A model generated the notes under the pieces. The model worked only from the letters and a program-made list of their open reading frames with translations. It searched no databases and was not told the origin of the DNA. Made by a program: the position numbers and the translations under genes. From assembly GCA_965219445.1 (NCBI GenBank), contig CBDCNQ010000002.1:736001-800000 (forward strand): DNA of 64,000 nucleotides, written 5' to 3'. Positions 9,780-20,554 of the stretch are shown in pieces. This DNA comes from Longimicrobiales bacterium. Its GTDB lineage: Bacteria > Gemmatimonadota > Gemmatimonadetes > Longimicrobiales > Gaopeijiaceae. Numbering within the stretch: position 1 is the first letter of the stretch; each line of letters begins with the position of its first letter.

Positions 9780-11609
9780 TCACCGAGCCCAGGGAGCAGG
9801 GCGCCCCATGTTGTAGTGCTCCCCGAGTGTCTGGATCGTGTCGATGGGAAGCCCATACTTGCGCCGCAGGTAAAAGTCCGCTGTCTTCGCCATGAGAGGC
9901 GCCGCAATGCCCGACCCGCTTTCCCCGAACTCCACGAGCGCCACCACGACGATTTCCGGCTCACCGTCCCACGGGCCGGCCATGCCGGCGAACCAGGCGT
10001 GAGCGCGTACGGTATCTTGGGCGTTCTGACTGGTTCCGGTCTTGCCGAGAACCTCCCAGTGTTCGAGAGCCGTCCCGAAGTACGCCGTCCCTCCCGGAGA
10101 CGTGACCCCACGCAAGCCCTCTCGAAGCACCTCGATACTTTCGGTCGACACGTTGAGGCGCCAACCCTCGTTCGGGTCGGGATCCTCGATCAGGTGTGGC
10201 GTCGGCGCCGAGCCATCCCTGGCCAACGCGAGATAGAACTGTGCCATCTTGAGCGGTGTCTGAGAGTTGGGGCCCTGCCCGATGGCCAGACTCAGGACCT
10301 CACCCTCCAGCGGATCGTACCCGAATGCACGCTGCCAGAAATCCCTCCCCTCCGGAAAGATGCCGCTGCTTTCGTCCGGGAGATCAATGCCGCACTGCTC
10401 GGCAAAGCCGACCCGAGTGCCCTCCTCGAGCATCCCGTCCAGCCCGACCTTGAGGCCGAGTTGATAGAAGTAGACGTTGCACGAGTTGGCTATCGCCCCG
10501 GCTAAACCCAGATAGCCGTGACCCTCAGCGAGCCAGCACCCGCGGTAAAGGCCGCCATAGACCAGTCCCCCGGTGCAGGGCTCCGGCATTTGGTCGAGGG
10601 GACCCACCACACCCCGTTCGAGTGCGATAGCCGCAGCCGCCAGCTTCCACGTCGAGCCGGGCGGATAGAGTCCCATCACCGCCCGATTGAACAACGGCTT
10701 CCGCGGATCCGATTCGAGTACGGCCCATTCCTCCGGGGTCAACCCGCTCACGAACGCGTTCGGATCGAAGGTGGGAGCCGAGTACAACGCGAGCACCCCG
10801 CCGTCCGCCGGGTCCAGAGCGACCACAGCCCCCGCGAGCGAGTCCGGGAAGATTCTGTGAATCCACTCCATCAACTCCAGATCGATGGTGAGCCGAATAT
10901 CTTCTCCGGGCTCACCGGGGTCTTCCTCGATGCCTTGGAGCGACCCCACGATACGGCCCAAAGCATCGACCTCCAGGTACCGCACGCCCCGGCGCCCCTG
11001 GAGTCGCTCCTCATACTGGCGCTCGACTCCCACTTTGCCGATCAAGAGGCCGGGCTCGTATTCTAAGAAGCGAGGCTCGGCGAGTTCTTCAGCCGTGATC
11101 TCGTTGACGTAGCCCAAAACGTGAGACACGGCGTTCCCCGCGTAATAGCGCCGCTTCGGCCTCGTCTCGATGACGATACCGGGGAAGTCTTCGCGCCTCT
11201 CCTCGAGGACGGAGACCGCCTCGAAATCCGCATCGATCTCGACAACGAGCGGCTCCCATCTCCGATACTGCTCCATCAGAATCTCGATCCGCTCGTCCGA
11301 AAGTCCGAGATGGGGCCTGAGCCGCTCCAAGGTCTGGCGGGTCGATTCACGGGACTCCCGGAGAACGTAGATGACGTATCCCGGAACGTTGTCCGCAATG
11401 ACCCGGTCGTTGCGATCGAAAATAGTTCCGCGAGGCGCGGCAACCGGGAGAGGTCGAAGTCGATTCGACTCCGACTGGAGCATATAGTCGTTCGATTGAA
11501 GCATCTGGACACGGAAGAACTGGAGGGCTAACGCCCCGAGGACGATCGCTATGATCCCAAGCGCACCCCTGGCCCGCCGGCGTCTGTTGTGCGGATGTAC
11601 TATTCTCAT
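9780..11609 (-). CDS. mrdA: Penicillin-binding protein 2
   Basis: APRGTIFDRN, SxxK (STWK), SCN, KTG motifs; mre operon context. Confidence 0.97.
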   Translation of the reverse strand: MRIVHPHNRRRRARGALGIIAIVLGALALQFFRVQMLQSNDYMLQSESNRLRPLPVAAPRGTIFDRNDRVIADNVPGYVIYVLRESRESTRQTLERLRPHLGLSDERIEILMEQYRRWEPLVVEIDADFEAVSVLEERREDFPGIVIETRPKRRYYAGNAVSHVLGYVNEITAEELAEPRFLEYEPGLLIGKVGVERQYEERLQGRRGVRYLEVDALGRIVGSLQGIEEDPGEPGEDIRLTIDLELMEWIHRIFPDSLAGAVVALDPADGGVLALYSAPTFDPNAFVSGLTPEEWAVLESDPRKPLFNRAVMGLYPPGSTWKLAAAAIALERGVVGPLDQMPEPCTGGLVYGGLYRGCWLAEGHGYLGLAGAIANSCNVYFYQLGLKVGLDGMLEEGTRVGFAEQCGIDLPDESSGIFPEGRDFWQRAFGYDPLEGEVLSLAIGQGPNSQTPLKMAQFYLALARDGSAPTPHLIEDPDPNEGWRLNVSTESIEVLREGLRGVTSPGGTAYFGTALEHWEVLGKTGTSQNAQDTVRAHAWFAGMAGPWDGEPEIVVVALVEFGESGSGIAAPLMAKTADFYLRRKYGLPIDTIQTLGEHYNMGRPAPWAR

Positions 11610-12088
11610 CGAACCGTCTCCCAGCCCGGGCCACTGATCGCGATCACAACCAGCCCGACCACACCCGCGTACGCAGCCGAGATCGGTGATTGAATCAGCA
11701 TTGTATCAACAAAGGATTCTCTCAAACCCTCCCCTACCGCAACCCAGTGGAGAAAATCCCTCGTCCACTTGCCCAGGACCAGGTACGATGTCAGGAAGAG
11801 GAGGGAATCGCCAACGAACAGATCCCTCGTTCGCGCGCCGCCCATGCCCACGAGGGTCATCGCAAACGTATTGGCACCGAACGCCAGGAGGGAGAAGGCA
11901 TCATCGAGAAGCCCCAAGAGGAAGCCGAGCCCGGCACCCCACCCGATTTCCACCTCCCTCGCCGCAATGAGGAGGGCCACTACGAGGAGATCCGGCGCGC
12001 TCTCACCGAGACCCAAGCTCAAGTGGAGACCGAAATGCACGAGGATCAGGAAGCCCACGACGCCCCAGATGCGCGCTGGGGGTCTCAC
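11606..12088 (-). CDS. mreD: Rod shape-determining protein MreD
   Basis: Hydrophobic ~160 aa, PDLL and GFLLGLLDD motifs; GTG overlaps the mreC stop (GTGA). Confidence 0.9.
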   Translation of the reverse strand: MRPPARIWGVVGFLILVHFGLHLSLGLGESAPDLLVVALLIAAREVEIGWGAGLGFLLGLLDDAFSLLAFGANTFAMTLVGMGGARTRDLFVGDSLLFLTSYLVLGKWTRDFLHWVAVGEGLRESFVDTMLIQSPISAAYAGVVGLVVIAISGPGWETVR

Positions 12089-13014
12089 CGACGTGTTCTG
12101 GCTTCCGTGTCGGGTGTGCCCGAGGCAGGCTCCTCGGGCAGCGTCGGGGAGCCTGGGACCACGGGGCCGCCTTCCAACCACGAGTTCGTATCCCGGAACT
12201 CACCCTCCACCGACACCAGCACGTTGACGTGTGTGGCCTCCCCAGGCGACACGAACGGCCGTAACCAGTATGATCTTTGCCAACCCTCCTGTGCCGCGGA
12301 TTCCTCGATCACCACGCCGATCGGAATCCCGCGGGGATAGACGCCCCCCAAACCACTCGTGACCAGGTCCACCCCCCGCGCCAATGCCTGGCGGAATGGA
12401 ACGCCGTTCAGAAGCAGTCGATCGGCCTCACGAAAACGCCCAGGAGCCGCCTGGACCATCCCATAGATGGACCCATCCACCGTCATCGCGCTGACTCGGA
12501 ACTGAGGGTGCGTCCAGTCCATGGCGGTCGCGCGGGTGGCATGAGCCTCACGCACCACACCGAGGAGTCCCCGGCCCATGATCACGGGAGAGTCCCTCGT
12601 CACCCCCAGGCGAGTTCCCACGTCGAGCATGAACATACTCTCCGAACCCGGCGTGCCGGACCTGATGACGCTGGCAGCCACATACTGAGCCGGATTTCGG
12701 TTCGACAGATTGAGAAGGCGCCGTAGCCTGCCGTTCTCCTCAGACAGTGTGCTGCTGTTCGCGATCACAGCCTCCAGGGAGTCCAGCCGCTGCTGAAGGA
12801 TCTCCGTGTCCTCCGCGTGGATGCTCCTCCGGACCAATCCTTCCTGGGCGAGGATGAAGGGGCGAAGCACGCTGCCACGCAGAACCGAGGCTACTTCATC
12901 TTGGGAGGGATCGGGGAGGTAGAGGGCGATCACGGAAAACACGAAAAATCCGAAGGCGATTAAGCTACTTCGGGTCTTTCCGGATCCGTTGGTATCACTC
13001 TTGTAGTTGGGCAT
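12085..13014 (-). CDS. mreC: Rod shape-determining protein MreC
   Basis: N-terminal TM, coiled coil EENGRLRRLL, VTSGLGGVYPRGIPIG. Confidence 0.95.
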   Translation of the reverse strand: MPNYKSDTNGSGKTRSSLIAFGFFVFSVIALYLPDPSQDEVASVLRGSVLRPFILAQEGLVRRSIHAEDTEILQQRLDSLEAVIANSSTLSEENGRLRRLLNLSNRNPAQYVAASVIRSGTPGSESMFMLDVGTRLGVTRDSPVIMGRGLLGVVREAHATRATAMDWTHPQFRVSAMTVDGSIYGMVQAAPGRFREADRLLLNGVPFRQALARGVDLVTSGLGGVYPRGIPIGVVIEESAAQEGWQRSYWLRPFVSPGEATHVNVLVSVEGEFRDTNSWLEGGPVVPGSPTLPEEPASGTPDTEARTRR

Positions 13015-13027
13015 AGTCCCGCCGGCC

Positions 13028-14068
13028 CTACGTGTTCATCACCGTACGATACTTTTGGAGGTCATCGAGAATTCGGCCGACACCCCGCACCACACAGCTG
13101 AGAGGCTCCTCGTCCACATGGATCGGCAAGTTCGTCTCGTGTTGCAGGAGCCGATCCATACCGCGTATGAGGGCACCGCCACCCGTCATCACAATGCCAC
13201 GATCCACAATGTCACTGGCGAGCTCGGGCGGCGTGATCTCAAGAGCACGCCGCACGGCTTCGACCACTGCCTGGATCGGTTCCTGGATGCACTCTCGGAT
13301 TCCCTGCGAATGAACGTGTACAGTTTTGGGAATACCACTCACCAGATCCCGGCCCTTCACGTCCATTTCCCGCTCATCCCCCACTTCGAAAGCGGAGCCG
13401 ATTTGAATCTTGATGGCCTCCGCCGTCGGTTCCCCGATCAGGAGGTTGTAGTTCTTGCGAAGGAAGGTCACGATCGCGGAATCGAACTCGTCGCCACCCA
13501 CGCGGATCGACGTGTTGGACACGATGCCGGCTAGGGCGATAATCGCGATCTCTGTGGTCCCACCACCAATGTCGATCACCATGTTGCCCGTAGGAGTCTC
13601 GACAGGAAGACCCACACCGATGGCGGCAGCCATAGGCTCCGCGACCATGTAGACAGCCTTGGCGCCCGCAGACATGGCGCTCGAGCGGACCGCACGCCGC
13701 TCCAATTCCGTGATCCCGGACGGCACCCCGACGATAACCCGAGGCTTGATACGGAAGACCCTCTTCGCCGTAACCTGCTTGAGAAAGTGGCGGAGCATCA
13801 ATTCGGTGATATCGACATCCGCGATCACACCATACTTGAGCGGCCGTACCGCTTCGATCGCCTCCGGTGTGCGCCCTAACATACGCTTGGCCTCGAGGCC
13901 AATCGCCATGATCCGGCCTGTCCCCTTTTCGATGGCAACCACCGAGGGCTCGTTGAGGACGATCCCTTCGCCCTTTACGTACACCAAGGTATTGGCTGTC
14001 CCAAGATCCACCGCGATGTCGTTTACCGGGATCAGCCGTCCCGCTTCCAACCACTGGGCGAAGTTCAA
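13028..14068 (-). CDS. mreB: Actin-like protein MreB
   Basis: DLGTANT, EPSVVA, EPMAAAIG, DIGGGTTE, TGGGAL; start uncertain (TTG 14068 chosen, ATG 14110 possible). Confidence 0.97.
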   Translation of the reverse strand: MNFAQWLEAGRLIPVNDIAVDLGTANTLVYVKGEGIVLNEPSVVAIEKGTGRIMAIGLEAKRMLGRTPEAIEAVRPLKYGVIADVDITELMLRHFLKQVTAKRVFRIKPRVIVGVPSGITELERRAVRSSAMSAGAKAVYMVAEPMAAAIGVGLPVETPTGNMVIDIGGGTTEIAIIALAGIVSNTSIRVGGDEFDSAIVTFLRKNYNLLIGEPTAEAIKIQIGSAFEVGDEREMDVKGRDLVSGIPKTVHVHSQGIRECIQEPIQAVVEAVRRALEITPPELASDIVDRGIVMTGGGALIRGMDRLLQHETNLPIHVDEEPLSCVVRGVGRILDDLQKYRTVMNT

Positions 14069-14214
14069 ATGTTGAAAATCCTTAGGGTGGCCGCTGCCTG
14101 CAGGCGTCATACCGCTATCGTGCAGATATCATACCGCCATTCCTCAAGATGCCTAGAAGAGATTTTACGTCAAGGAATTGTGAAAGCGTCAGTTGTGCGG
14201 TCCGCGCCATATGT

Positions 14215-14655
14215 TCACTCGATTCCTGTACTTCCGAAGCCATCTTCGCCCCGCGCCGTGATACCCAGTTCCAAGGCCTCGATCACCTCAGGGACAGAAA
14301 ATCGCTGAAAAACCAGCTGCGCGATCCGATCGCCCCGGGTGAAGGTGACGGGCTCAGTGCCGCTGTTCTGAAGAATGATTCGGAGTTCGCCCCGGTAGTC
14401 CGGATCGATGGTCCCGGGACTGTTCGGGAGTGTGACACCATGACGTAAAGCGAGGCCGGATCGAGGCCGTACCTGACACTCCATGCCCTCGGGGAGTTCC
14501 ATCTCGAGCCCGGTTGAGACCAAGCGAATTTCCTGCGGAGCGAGGACGAAGGCTTCCGCCGACCGGACATCGTATCCGGCCGCATGCGGTGTGGCTCGAG
14601 AGGGTAGCGGCAGATCCGGATTCGCTGGAAGCCGCTTGAAGCGGACGATCAGCAT
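14215..14655 (-). CDS. dut: dUTP diphosphatase
   Basis: [31 protein letters not shown] motifs. Confidence 0.97.
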   Translation of the reverse strand: MLIVRFKRLPANPDLPLPSRATPHAAGYDVRSAEAFVLAPQEIRLVSTGLEMELPEGMECQVRPRSGLALRHGVTLPNSPGTIDPDYRGELRIILQNSGTEPVTFTRGDRIAQLVFQRFSVPEVIEALELGITARGEDGFGSTGIE

Positions 14656-14656
14656 A

Positions 14657-15877
14657 TCACGCAGGTCCCAGGGTCAGGGTAAATTGGTCCTCGGGGTTGT
14701 AAAACCGCTGACAGGCTTCGCGCACTTCGTCCTGCGTCACCGCGTCGATCCGGGCGAGAGACTCGTCCAGGTCCCGATAGGGCTCCCCTCGCAGCGTAAA
14801 GCCTACCAAGCGAAGTAGTCTCGCCCCCGTCGACTCCATCGCCAGGATCGAGCGGCCCTTCGCGTGGCTCTTGGCCTGTTCGAGCTCCCCATCCGTGATC
14901 CCGTGCTCGCACAACTTGGCGTATTCACCCAGAATCGCCTCCAACGCTTCATCGGAGGCCTCCGGCCTGGTTCCCACGTACACACCCGCCAATCCGGCTT
15001 TGCTATAGAAGGACTGGAACGAATAGACGGAATACGCGAGGGCCAGTTCCTCGCGAATCCGTTGGAACAGCCGGGAACTCATCCCGCCGCCGAAGGCTCC
15101 GGAGATCAAGATGAGTGCGTTCCGGATCGGATCGCCATAGGACGGCGTCAGATTGCCGATCACGACGTGGGCCTGTGCCGCATCTCTGACAACCGAAATT
15201 CGGCCCGACTTCGTCGCCATGGGTTGAGCGATCCCCGGTGAAGCACTTCCCAGATCCACGTCACCAAAAAGCTCGGCGAACCGGCTCGCCACCTCTTCAT
15301 GTTCGATATTCCCCACGCATCCCAGAACGATGTTCCTTCCCCGGTAACGCTCGGCGTGGAGTGAGCGAAGGTCGTCGATGTGGAACGCTCGCACGGTCGC
15401 GCGCGTGCCGAGGATCGGTCGCCCATAGGTATGGCCGTTCCAGAATTCTGCACCATGGAGATCAAAGATCAGGTCGTCGGGCGTGTCCTCGACCCCGGCG
15501 ATTTCCTCGATCACGACGTCCTTTTCGAGCTCCAAGTCGGCGGGGTCCAAGCGCGGACTGAGAACCAGGTCCGCAAGGACATCGAGCGCCACAGATAAGT
15601 GCTCATCGAGCACATGGGCTTGATAGCTCGTGAACTCACGAGTCGTGTACGCATCGAGGTTCCCACCGAGCGATTCCAGGGAGAGCGCGATCTCATGGGC
15701 ACTCCGGTGCTCCGTGCCCTTGAATACGAGGTGCTCCATCAGATGGCTCACCCCGGCCGATTCGGGCGTTTCATGGGCTGAGCCCTGTTCGACCCAAACA
15801 CCCACGGCGGCCGATCGTACGTCAGGCCTCCGCTCGGTTACGAAGCGTATGCCGTTGTCGAGCAATGCTTCACGCAT
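14657..15877 (-). CDS. M16 family (pitrilysin-like) zinc peptidase
   Basis: Inverted HxxEH (HLMEH..FKGT), [21 protein letters not shown]; common position after pnp. Confidence 0.93.
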   Translation of the reverse strand: MREALLDNGIRFVTERRPDVRSAAVGVWVEQGSAHETPESAGVSHLMEHLVFKGTEHRSAHEIALSLESLGGNLDAYTTREFTSYQAHVLDEHLSVALDVLADLVLSPRLDPADLELEKDVVIEEIAGVEDTPDDLIFDLHGAEFWNGHTYGRPILGTRATVRAFHIDDLRSLHAERYRGRNIVLGCVGNIEHEEVASRFAELFGDVDLGSASPGIAQPMATKSGRISVVRDAAQAHVVIGNLTPSYGDPIRNALILISGAFGGGMSSRLFQRIREELALAYSVYSFQSFYSKAGLAGVYVGTRPEASDEALEAILGEYAKLCEHGITDGELEQAKSHAKGRSILAMESTGARLLRLVGFTLRGEPYRDLDESLARIDAVTQDEVREACQRFYNPEDQFTLTLGPA

Positions 15878-15894
15878 TTCGGCCCCGCCGGGCT

Positions 15895-18051
15895 TCAGCC
15901 CTGGGCCTCCTCGGACCTACCCTCATCGGAACTCGCGCCGCCGTCGGTACCTCCCGCGGCCTCCTCCGCGAGCGCGGCCTTACGGGAGAGGCGCAGACGG
16001 CCCTTCTCATCGATGGAGAGAAGCTTCACTCGGGTGATGTCGCCCTTGTTCAGCACGTCCTCGGTCTTCTCCACTCGGCCGTCGGCGAGCTCAGAGATGT
16101 GGCACAGTCCCTCCACGCCCGGGACGATCTCGATGAAGGCGCCAAACGACGTCGTGTTCTTGACCGGGCCCTCGTAGATTCTTCCGACCTCGGGCTCCTG
16201 CACGATCGCCTCTACCATCTCACGAGCGCGCGCTCCCGCCTCGCCGGATACGGCCGCAATCTTGACCAAGCCGCTGTCATCGATGTCGATCTTCGCCCCG
16301 GACTCTTCCTGAATGGCACGGATCGTCTTCCCTTTGGGACCGATGATGTCGCCGATCTTCGAGGGGTTGATCTGGATGCTCACGATTCGGGGGGCGTACT
16401 GTGAGAGATCGCTCCTCGGCTCGGCGAGTGCCTGATCCATGTGGTCGAGGATATGCATCCGGCCCCGATGCGCACGCTCGAGCGCGGTCTTCAGGATCTC
16501 GTGCGTCAGCCCCTCGATCTTGATGTCCATCTGAATGGACGTCACACCCTCTCGCGTCCCAGCGATCTTGAAGTCCATGTCTCCGAGAGCGTCCTCGAGT
16601 CCGAGGATGTCGGTCAGGATCGCGAGATCGTCCCCCTCCTTGATCAGCCCCATCGCGACCCCCGCGCACGCCGACTTCACGGGCACACCGGCATCCATGA
16701 GCGCGAGCGACGCACCACACACCGAGGCCATCGACGACGAGCCATTCGATTCGAGGATATCGGAAACGATCCGGATCGTATACGGGAAGTCGTCGTAGGA
16801 TGGAAGAAGCGGACGGATGGCCCGCTCGGCCAAAGCCCCGTGCCCCTGCTCACGCCGCGACGTACCACGGTACGGGCGCGCTTCACCCACCGAGAACGGC
16901 GGGAAGTTGTAGTGGAGCATGAACGACTTGGTAACCTCTTCGGCGCTGTCGATCGTGTCGATTCGCTGTTCGTCGCGAGACGTCCCGAGTGTGGTGGCCA
17001 CCAACGCCTGGGTCTGGCCGCGCGTAAAGAGCGACGAGCCATGCGTCCGCGGTAGCACACCCACTTCCGACGTGATGGACCGTACCTCATCGAGGCCACG
17101 GCCGTCGGCTCGCTCGCCTTGATCCAGGATGCGCCGTCGCATGGAACGCTTCTCAATGGAGCGAAGAACGTCCTTGACCGCCTTCTCATGATCACTGTAC
17201 GCCTCGTCCTCTTCGATCACGCGACCGATCACGTCCTCGGCTACGGCGGCCATCGCCTGGTTCCGTTCGGCCTTGTCCGACAGAGTCAGTGCCTCCTGGA
17301 TCCGGCTCTCGGCCATCTCGGTCACCTTGGCGGCGAGATCCTGATCCGGCTCGACCGGCGACCAATCCATGTCGGGAACCGTGTGCCCCTCCAGCAGTTC
17401 ACGCTGGATGTCGATGAGCTCCTTGATGCCCTCATGCGCCGTTTCGAGCCCCTCTAGGATCTCGGCCTCCGGCACCTCCACCGCGCCGCCTTCCACCATC
17501 AGAAGCGCGTCCTCGGTGCCTGCGACCATCATGTCGAGGTCGGAATACTCGAGCTGCTGGAACGTGGGATTGAGTATCCATGTACCCTTGATCCGTCCGA
17601 TGCGCACGGTCGCCACTAACGTGTTGAACGGGATCTTCGACATGTTCAGCGCCACCGAGGCGCCGATCATGGCCAGCACGTCGGCCGCGTTTTCCTGATC
17701 GGTGCTGAGCACGAAGCAAGCGACCTGCGTTTCGTGTTGGAATCCCGTCGGAAACAGCGGCCGAATCGGCCGATCTGTCAGGCGCGCCGACAGAACCGCA
17801 TTCTCGCTCGGCCGGCCCTCGCGCTTGAAGAAGCCGCCGGGAATCTTCCCGGCCGCATAGCTCTTTTCCTGGTATTCAACGGTGAGGGGGAAGAACGGTA
17901 GGTGACTCGGGCTGTCCTGCACCGTTGCGGCACAAAGCACAACCGTGTCGCCGAATTGGACCACGCAGGACCCGTGGGCGAGCCTGGCCATGCGTCCGAA
18001 CTCGAGGCTCAATGTGCGCCCCGCGAACTGGCGTTCGATTCTTTTGATCAT
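15895..18051 (-). CDS. pnp: Polyribonucleotide nucleotidyltransferase
   Basis: GKIPGGFFKREGRP, RGQTQ, HYNFPPFSVGE, ESNGSSSMA, GDMDFK, KH and S1 domains; ATG 18051. Confidence 0.99.
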   Translation of the reverse strand: MIKRIERQFAGRTLSLEFGRMARLAHGSCVVQFGDTVVLCAATVQDSPSHLPFFPLTVEYQEKSYAAGKIPGGFFKREGRPSENAVLSARLTDRPIRPLFPTGFQHETQVACFVLSTDQENAADVLAMIGASVALNMSKIPFNTLVATVRIGRIKGTWILNPTFQQLEYSDLDMMVAGTEDALLMVEGGAVEVPEAEILEGLETAHEGIKELIDIQRELLEGHTVPDMDWSPVEPDQDLAAKVTEMAESRIQEALTLSDKAERNQAMAAVAEDVIGRVIEEDEAYSDHEKAVKDVLRSIEKRSMRRRILDQGERADGRGLDEVRSITSEVGVLPRTHGSSLFTRGQTQALVATTLGTSRDEQRIDTIDSAEEVTKSFMLHYNFPPFSVGEARPYRGTSRREQGHGALAERAIRPLLPSYDDFPYTIRIVSDILESNGSSSMASVCGASLALMDAGVPVKSACAGVAMGLIKEGDDLAILTDILGLEDALGDMDFKIAGTREGVTSIQMDIKIEGLTHEILKTALERAHRGRMHILDHMDQALAEPRSDLSQYAPRIVSIQINPSKIGDIIGPKGKTIRAIQEESGAKIDIDDSGLVKIAAVSGEAGARAREMVEAIVQEPEVGRIYEGPVKNTTSFGAFIEIVPGVEGLCHISELADGRVEKTEDVLNKGDITRVKLLSIDEKGRLRLSRKAALAEEAAGGTDGGASSDEGRSEEAQG

Positions 18052-18076
18052 ATTCTCTTTTCTCTGCTGTCGGGCG

Positions 18077-18237
18077 GACGGGGACACCCCGTCGCGCACT
18101 AATGGTCCCGTCGGGGCATTCCCGATCAGGTTCCTCCAGCAGGGGTCCGAAGAGAGATCGACCGCCGCAACGGGGGGGCACGGAGTGCCCGGCCGGATGC
18201 AGCCAATTGGTTGGGCCGATTCTCCTGGCTCCTGCTG
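18077..18237 (-). promoter_or_regulatory. Structured pnp 5' leader (long imperfect stem-loop plus small hairpins)
   Basis: CAGCAGG (18137-18143) pairs with CCTGCTG (18231-18237), with inner complementarity; hairpins at 18077-18093 and 18176-18190. Confidence 0.5.
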
Positions 18238-18286
18238 TCTTATCGAGAGCTGCGGTCAACTCGCGAGCGCCACTCCCTGTCCGACA

Positions 18287-18547
18287 CTAATGACGGAGTC
18301 CCAGATCCGCGATGATCTCACGGTATTGCTCGACGTCCGTTCGCTTCATGTACTCCAGAAGGCGTCGACGTCGGCCTACCATTTTGAGAAGGCCGCGGCG
18401 GCTGTGGTGATCCTTATTGTGCGTGTCGAAGTGTGACCGGAGGTCGTTGATGCGCGCTGTAAGAATCGCAACCTGGACGGGGGCGCTCCCGACGTCGCCG
18501 TCGTGGAGCTGGTGCTTCTTGATGATTGCTTCTCGACTGATCGTCAC
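18287..18547 (-). CDS. rpsO: 30S ribosomal protein S15
   Basis: [32 protein letters not shown]. Confidence 0.99.
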   Translation of the reverse strand: MTISREAIIKKHQLHDGDVGSAPVQVAILTARINDLRSHFDTHNKDHHSRRGLLKMVGRRRRLLEYMKRTDVEQYREIIADLGLRH

Positions 18548-18677
18548 TTGTTCTTTGCCTCCGCAGGAGTCTGCGCTACAAGGGAAGCCTACACTGCTCT
18601 AAATGGATAACGGCTTAAGCTAGCGTCGGACCGGTGCGGCAACAACGGCCCGGCGCTAAGGCCTCTCGAATTACCGC

Positions 18678-19631
18678 CTATTCGCCGCTGAGTGCCTCAC
18701 ACGCCTGTTCGACATCTTCCTTCATCTGCTCAATAAGGGCTTCGCTCGTGTCGAACGGCCGGACCTCCCTCAAGTACTTCACGAAGTCGACCCGGACCTC
18801 TTCCCCGTAAATGTCGTCCTCGAAATCCACGAGGTGCAGCTCAATGGTCGGTGGAGACCCACGGAACGTCGGCCGGGGCCCCACATGGAGCGCACCGTCG
18901 AACGTGCCCGAGCGGACCGTCCCACGTACGGCATAGATGCCCGTCTGGGGAACGAGCTTACCGCCCTCGCCCGCTCCCCGAACCTCGAGATTCGCCGTCG
19001 GGAAGCCCAGGGTACGGCCCCGTTGGTCACCACGCACGACCAGGCCAAGAAGGGAGTACGGCCGGCCCAAACCCTTTCGTGCCGTCTCCACGTCCCCCTC
19101 CAGGAGGGCATTACGAATCTTCGTCGAGGAGATCGCATCGCCCTGGGAGCCGACCGGCCCAACCACATCGACGGCGAACCCAAGCTCGCGTCCGAGCACC
19201 TTGAGCGTCTCGGCGTTACCCTCGCGCCCCCTTCCGAAGTGGTGATCGTACCCCACGACCAACTCACTAACGTTCACGCGTTCCACCAGGATCTCCTCGA
19301 CGAAGCGGCGGGGGCTGTACGCAGCAAGCATGGGCGAAAACGTGAGGAACACCGCATAGTCGAGACCGGATTCGGCCAGAATTTCTTTCTTCTCCGCTGG
19401 GGTGGTCAGCATCGGTGGAGCCAACTCCGGACGAACGATTGTAAGGGGATGAGGGTGGAAGGTCACCAAGACGCTCCTTCCGCCCACCGCCTCGGCCCTG
19501 CGCCGAATCTCTGAGAGCACTTCCCAGTGGCCTCGATGTACGCCATCGAACGTCCCGATGGTGACCACCGTCTTTCGGCCGTCCCTGGGGAGACCAGACG
19601 GGAGTGTCGGGTCGATGGCGTGAACCCTCAT
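18678..19631 (-). CDS. ribF: Bifunctional riboflavin kinase/FAD synthetase
   Basis: GTFDGVHRGH, ISSTKIR, GRTLGFPTAN, G.RPTF. Confidence 0.97.
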   Translation of the reverse strand: MRVHAIDPTLPSGLPRDGRKTVVTIGTFDGVHRGHWEVLSEIRRRAEAVGGRSVLVTFHPHPLTIVRPELAPPMLTTPAEKKEILAESGLDYAVFLTFSPMLAAYSPRRFVEEILVERVNVSELVVGYDHHFGRGREGNAETLKVLGRELGFAVDVVGPVGSQGDAISSTKIRNALLEGDVETARKGLGRPYSLLGLVVRGDQRGRTLGFPTANLEVRGAGEGGKLVPQTGIYAVRGTVRSGTFDGALHVGPRPTFRGSPPTIELHLVDFEDDIYGEEVRVDFVKYLREVRPFDTSEALIEQMKEDVEQACEALSGE

Positions 19632-20554
19632 CGGTCGGCACGTGTCGTGAGTATCTTTTTCGGCGCGAGGCGTCCGTTCCGGATCTCGGCGATCCCGACC
19701 AGGCCCGCCTCATCCATCACGGCGATGGGTCTTCCAGTCTCCGGCTCGGCCTCTCCGGACCATGGGATCGCTCCTCCCTGACGAAGGCATAGCGCGGCGT
19801 CTGCCTCCACTCGAATCATTGTCAAGTGACCCACCACGGCGGCCGGCTCGACCCAATGGGACGGATCCGGGGACAGGCCCTCTCGGAGGACGTCACCGGG
19901 CACTGCACGATCCACCGAGAACGTGCCAACGGCCGTTCGGCGAAGCGCCGTGAGATGGGCCCCAACCTCTAACCGATCGCCAAGGTCTCTCGCTAGCGCT
20001 CGGACGTAAGTGCCGCTCGAGCAGGTCACCGTGAAACCGATTTCAGGAGGAGCATAGTCGGTCATCCGAATCTCGAAAATCTCCACATCGACGGGCGGGA
20101 GCTGAACGATATCGCCTCGACGAGCCCTTTTGTACATCCTCTCCCCCCCTACTTTCTTCGCCGAGAATTGTGGGGGGACCTGTTGGCCGCTTCCCTCGAA
20201 GGTGGCCAATTCGGCTTCAACCTGCTCTTCGGTCGGCTCCACTCCGGAATCGTGAACGCGCACCGTTGTACCCTCGGCGTCATGTGTGTCCGTGCAGATC
20301 CCCAGGCGCGCTCGGGCCTCATATTTCTTGGAAAGCGTGGACAGATACTCGGAAAGGCGCGTCACGGGGCCGACCAGCAAGACCAGGAGTCCGGAAGCGA
20401 AAGGATCCAGCGTCCCCGTGTGGCCGATCCTCCCTACGCCCAGCGATCTCCGAGCCCACCTCACGACGTCATGTGAAGTCGGTCCCTCGGGCTTGTCCAC
20501 CAGAAGGGCTCCACCGCCCTCGGGCACGCCGGCCCCCACCCCATCAGGCGTCAC
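19628..20554 (-). CDS. truB: tRNA pseudouridine(55) synthase
   Basis: DKPEGPTSHDVV, GHTGTLDP, PP.FSA.K, CSSGTYVRAL; exact start uncertain. Confidence 0.97.
   Translation of the reverse strand: MTPDGVGAGVPEGGGALLVDKPEGPTSHDVVRWARRSLGVGRIGHTGTLDPFASGLLVLLVGPVTRLSEYLSTLSKKYEARARLGICTDTHDAEGTTVRVHDSGVEPTEEQVEAELATFEGSGQQVPPQFSAKKVGGERMYKRARRGDIVQLPPVDVEIFEIRMTDYAPPEIGFTVTCSSGTYVRALARDLGDRLEVGAHLTALRRTAVGTFSVDRAVPGDVLREGLSPDPSHWVEPAAVVGHLTMIRVEADAALCLRQGGAIPWSGEAEPETGRPIAVMDEAGLVGIAEIRNGRLAPKKILTTRADR

Noticed and set aside
9752..10111. 119-aa ORF bridging mrdA and rodA, suggesting a frameshift
   Set aside because: PBP2 has all motifs and a plausible end in its own frame
18548..18620. S15 autoregulatory leader
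   Set aside because: Only a 5-bp hairpin is visible; plausible by position but unsupported without covariation
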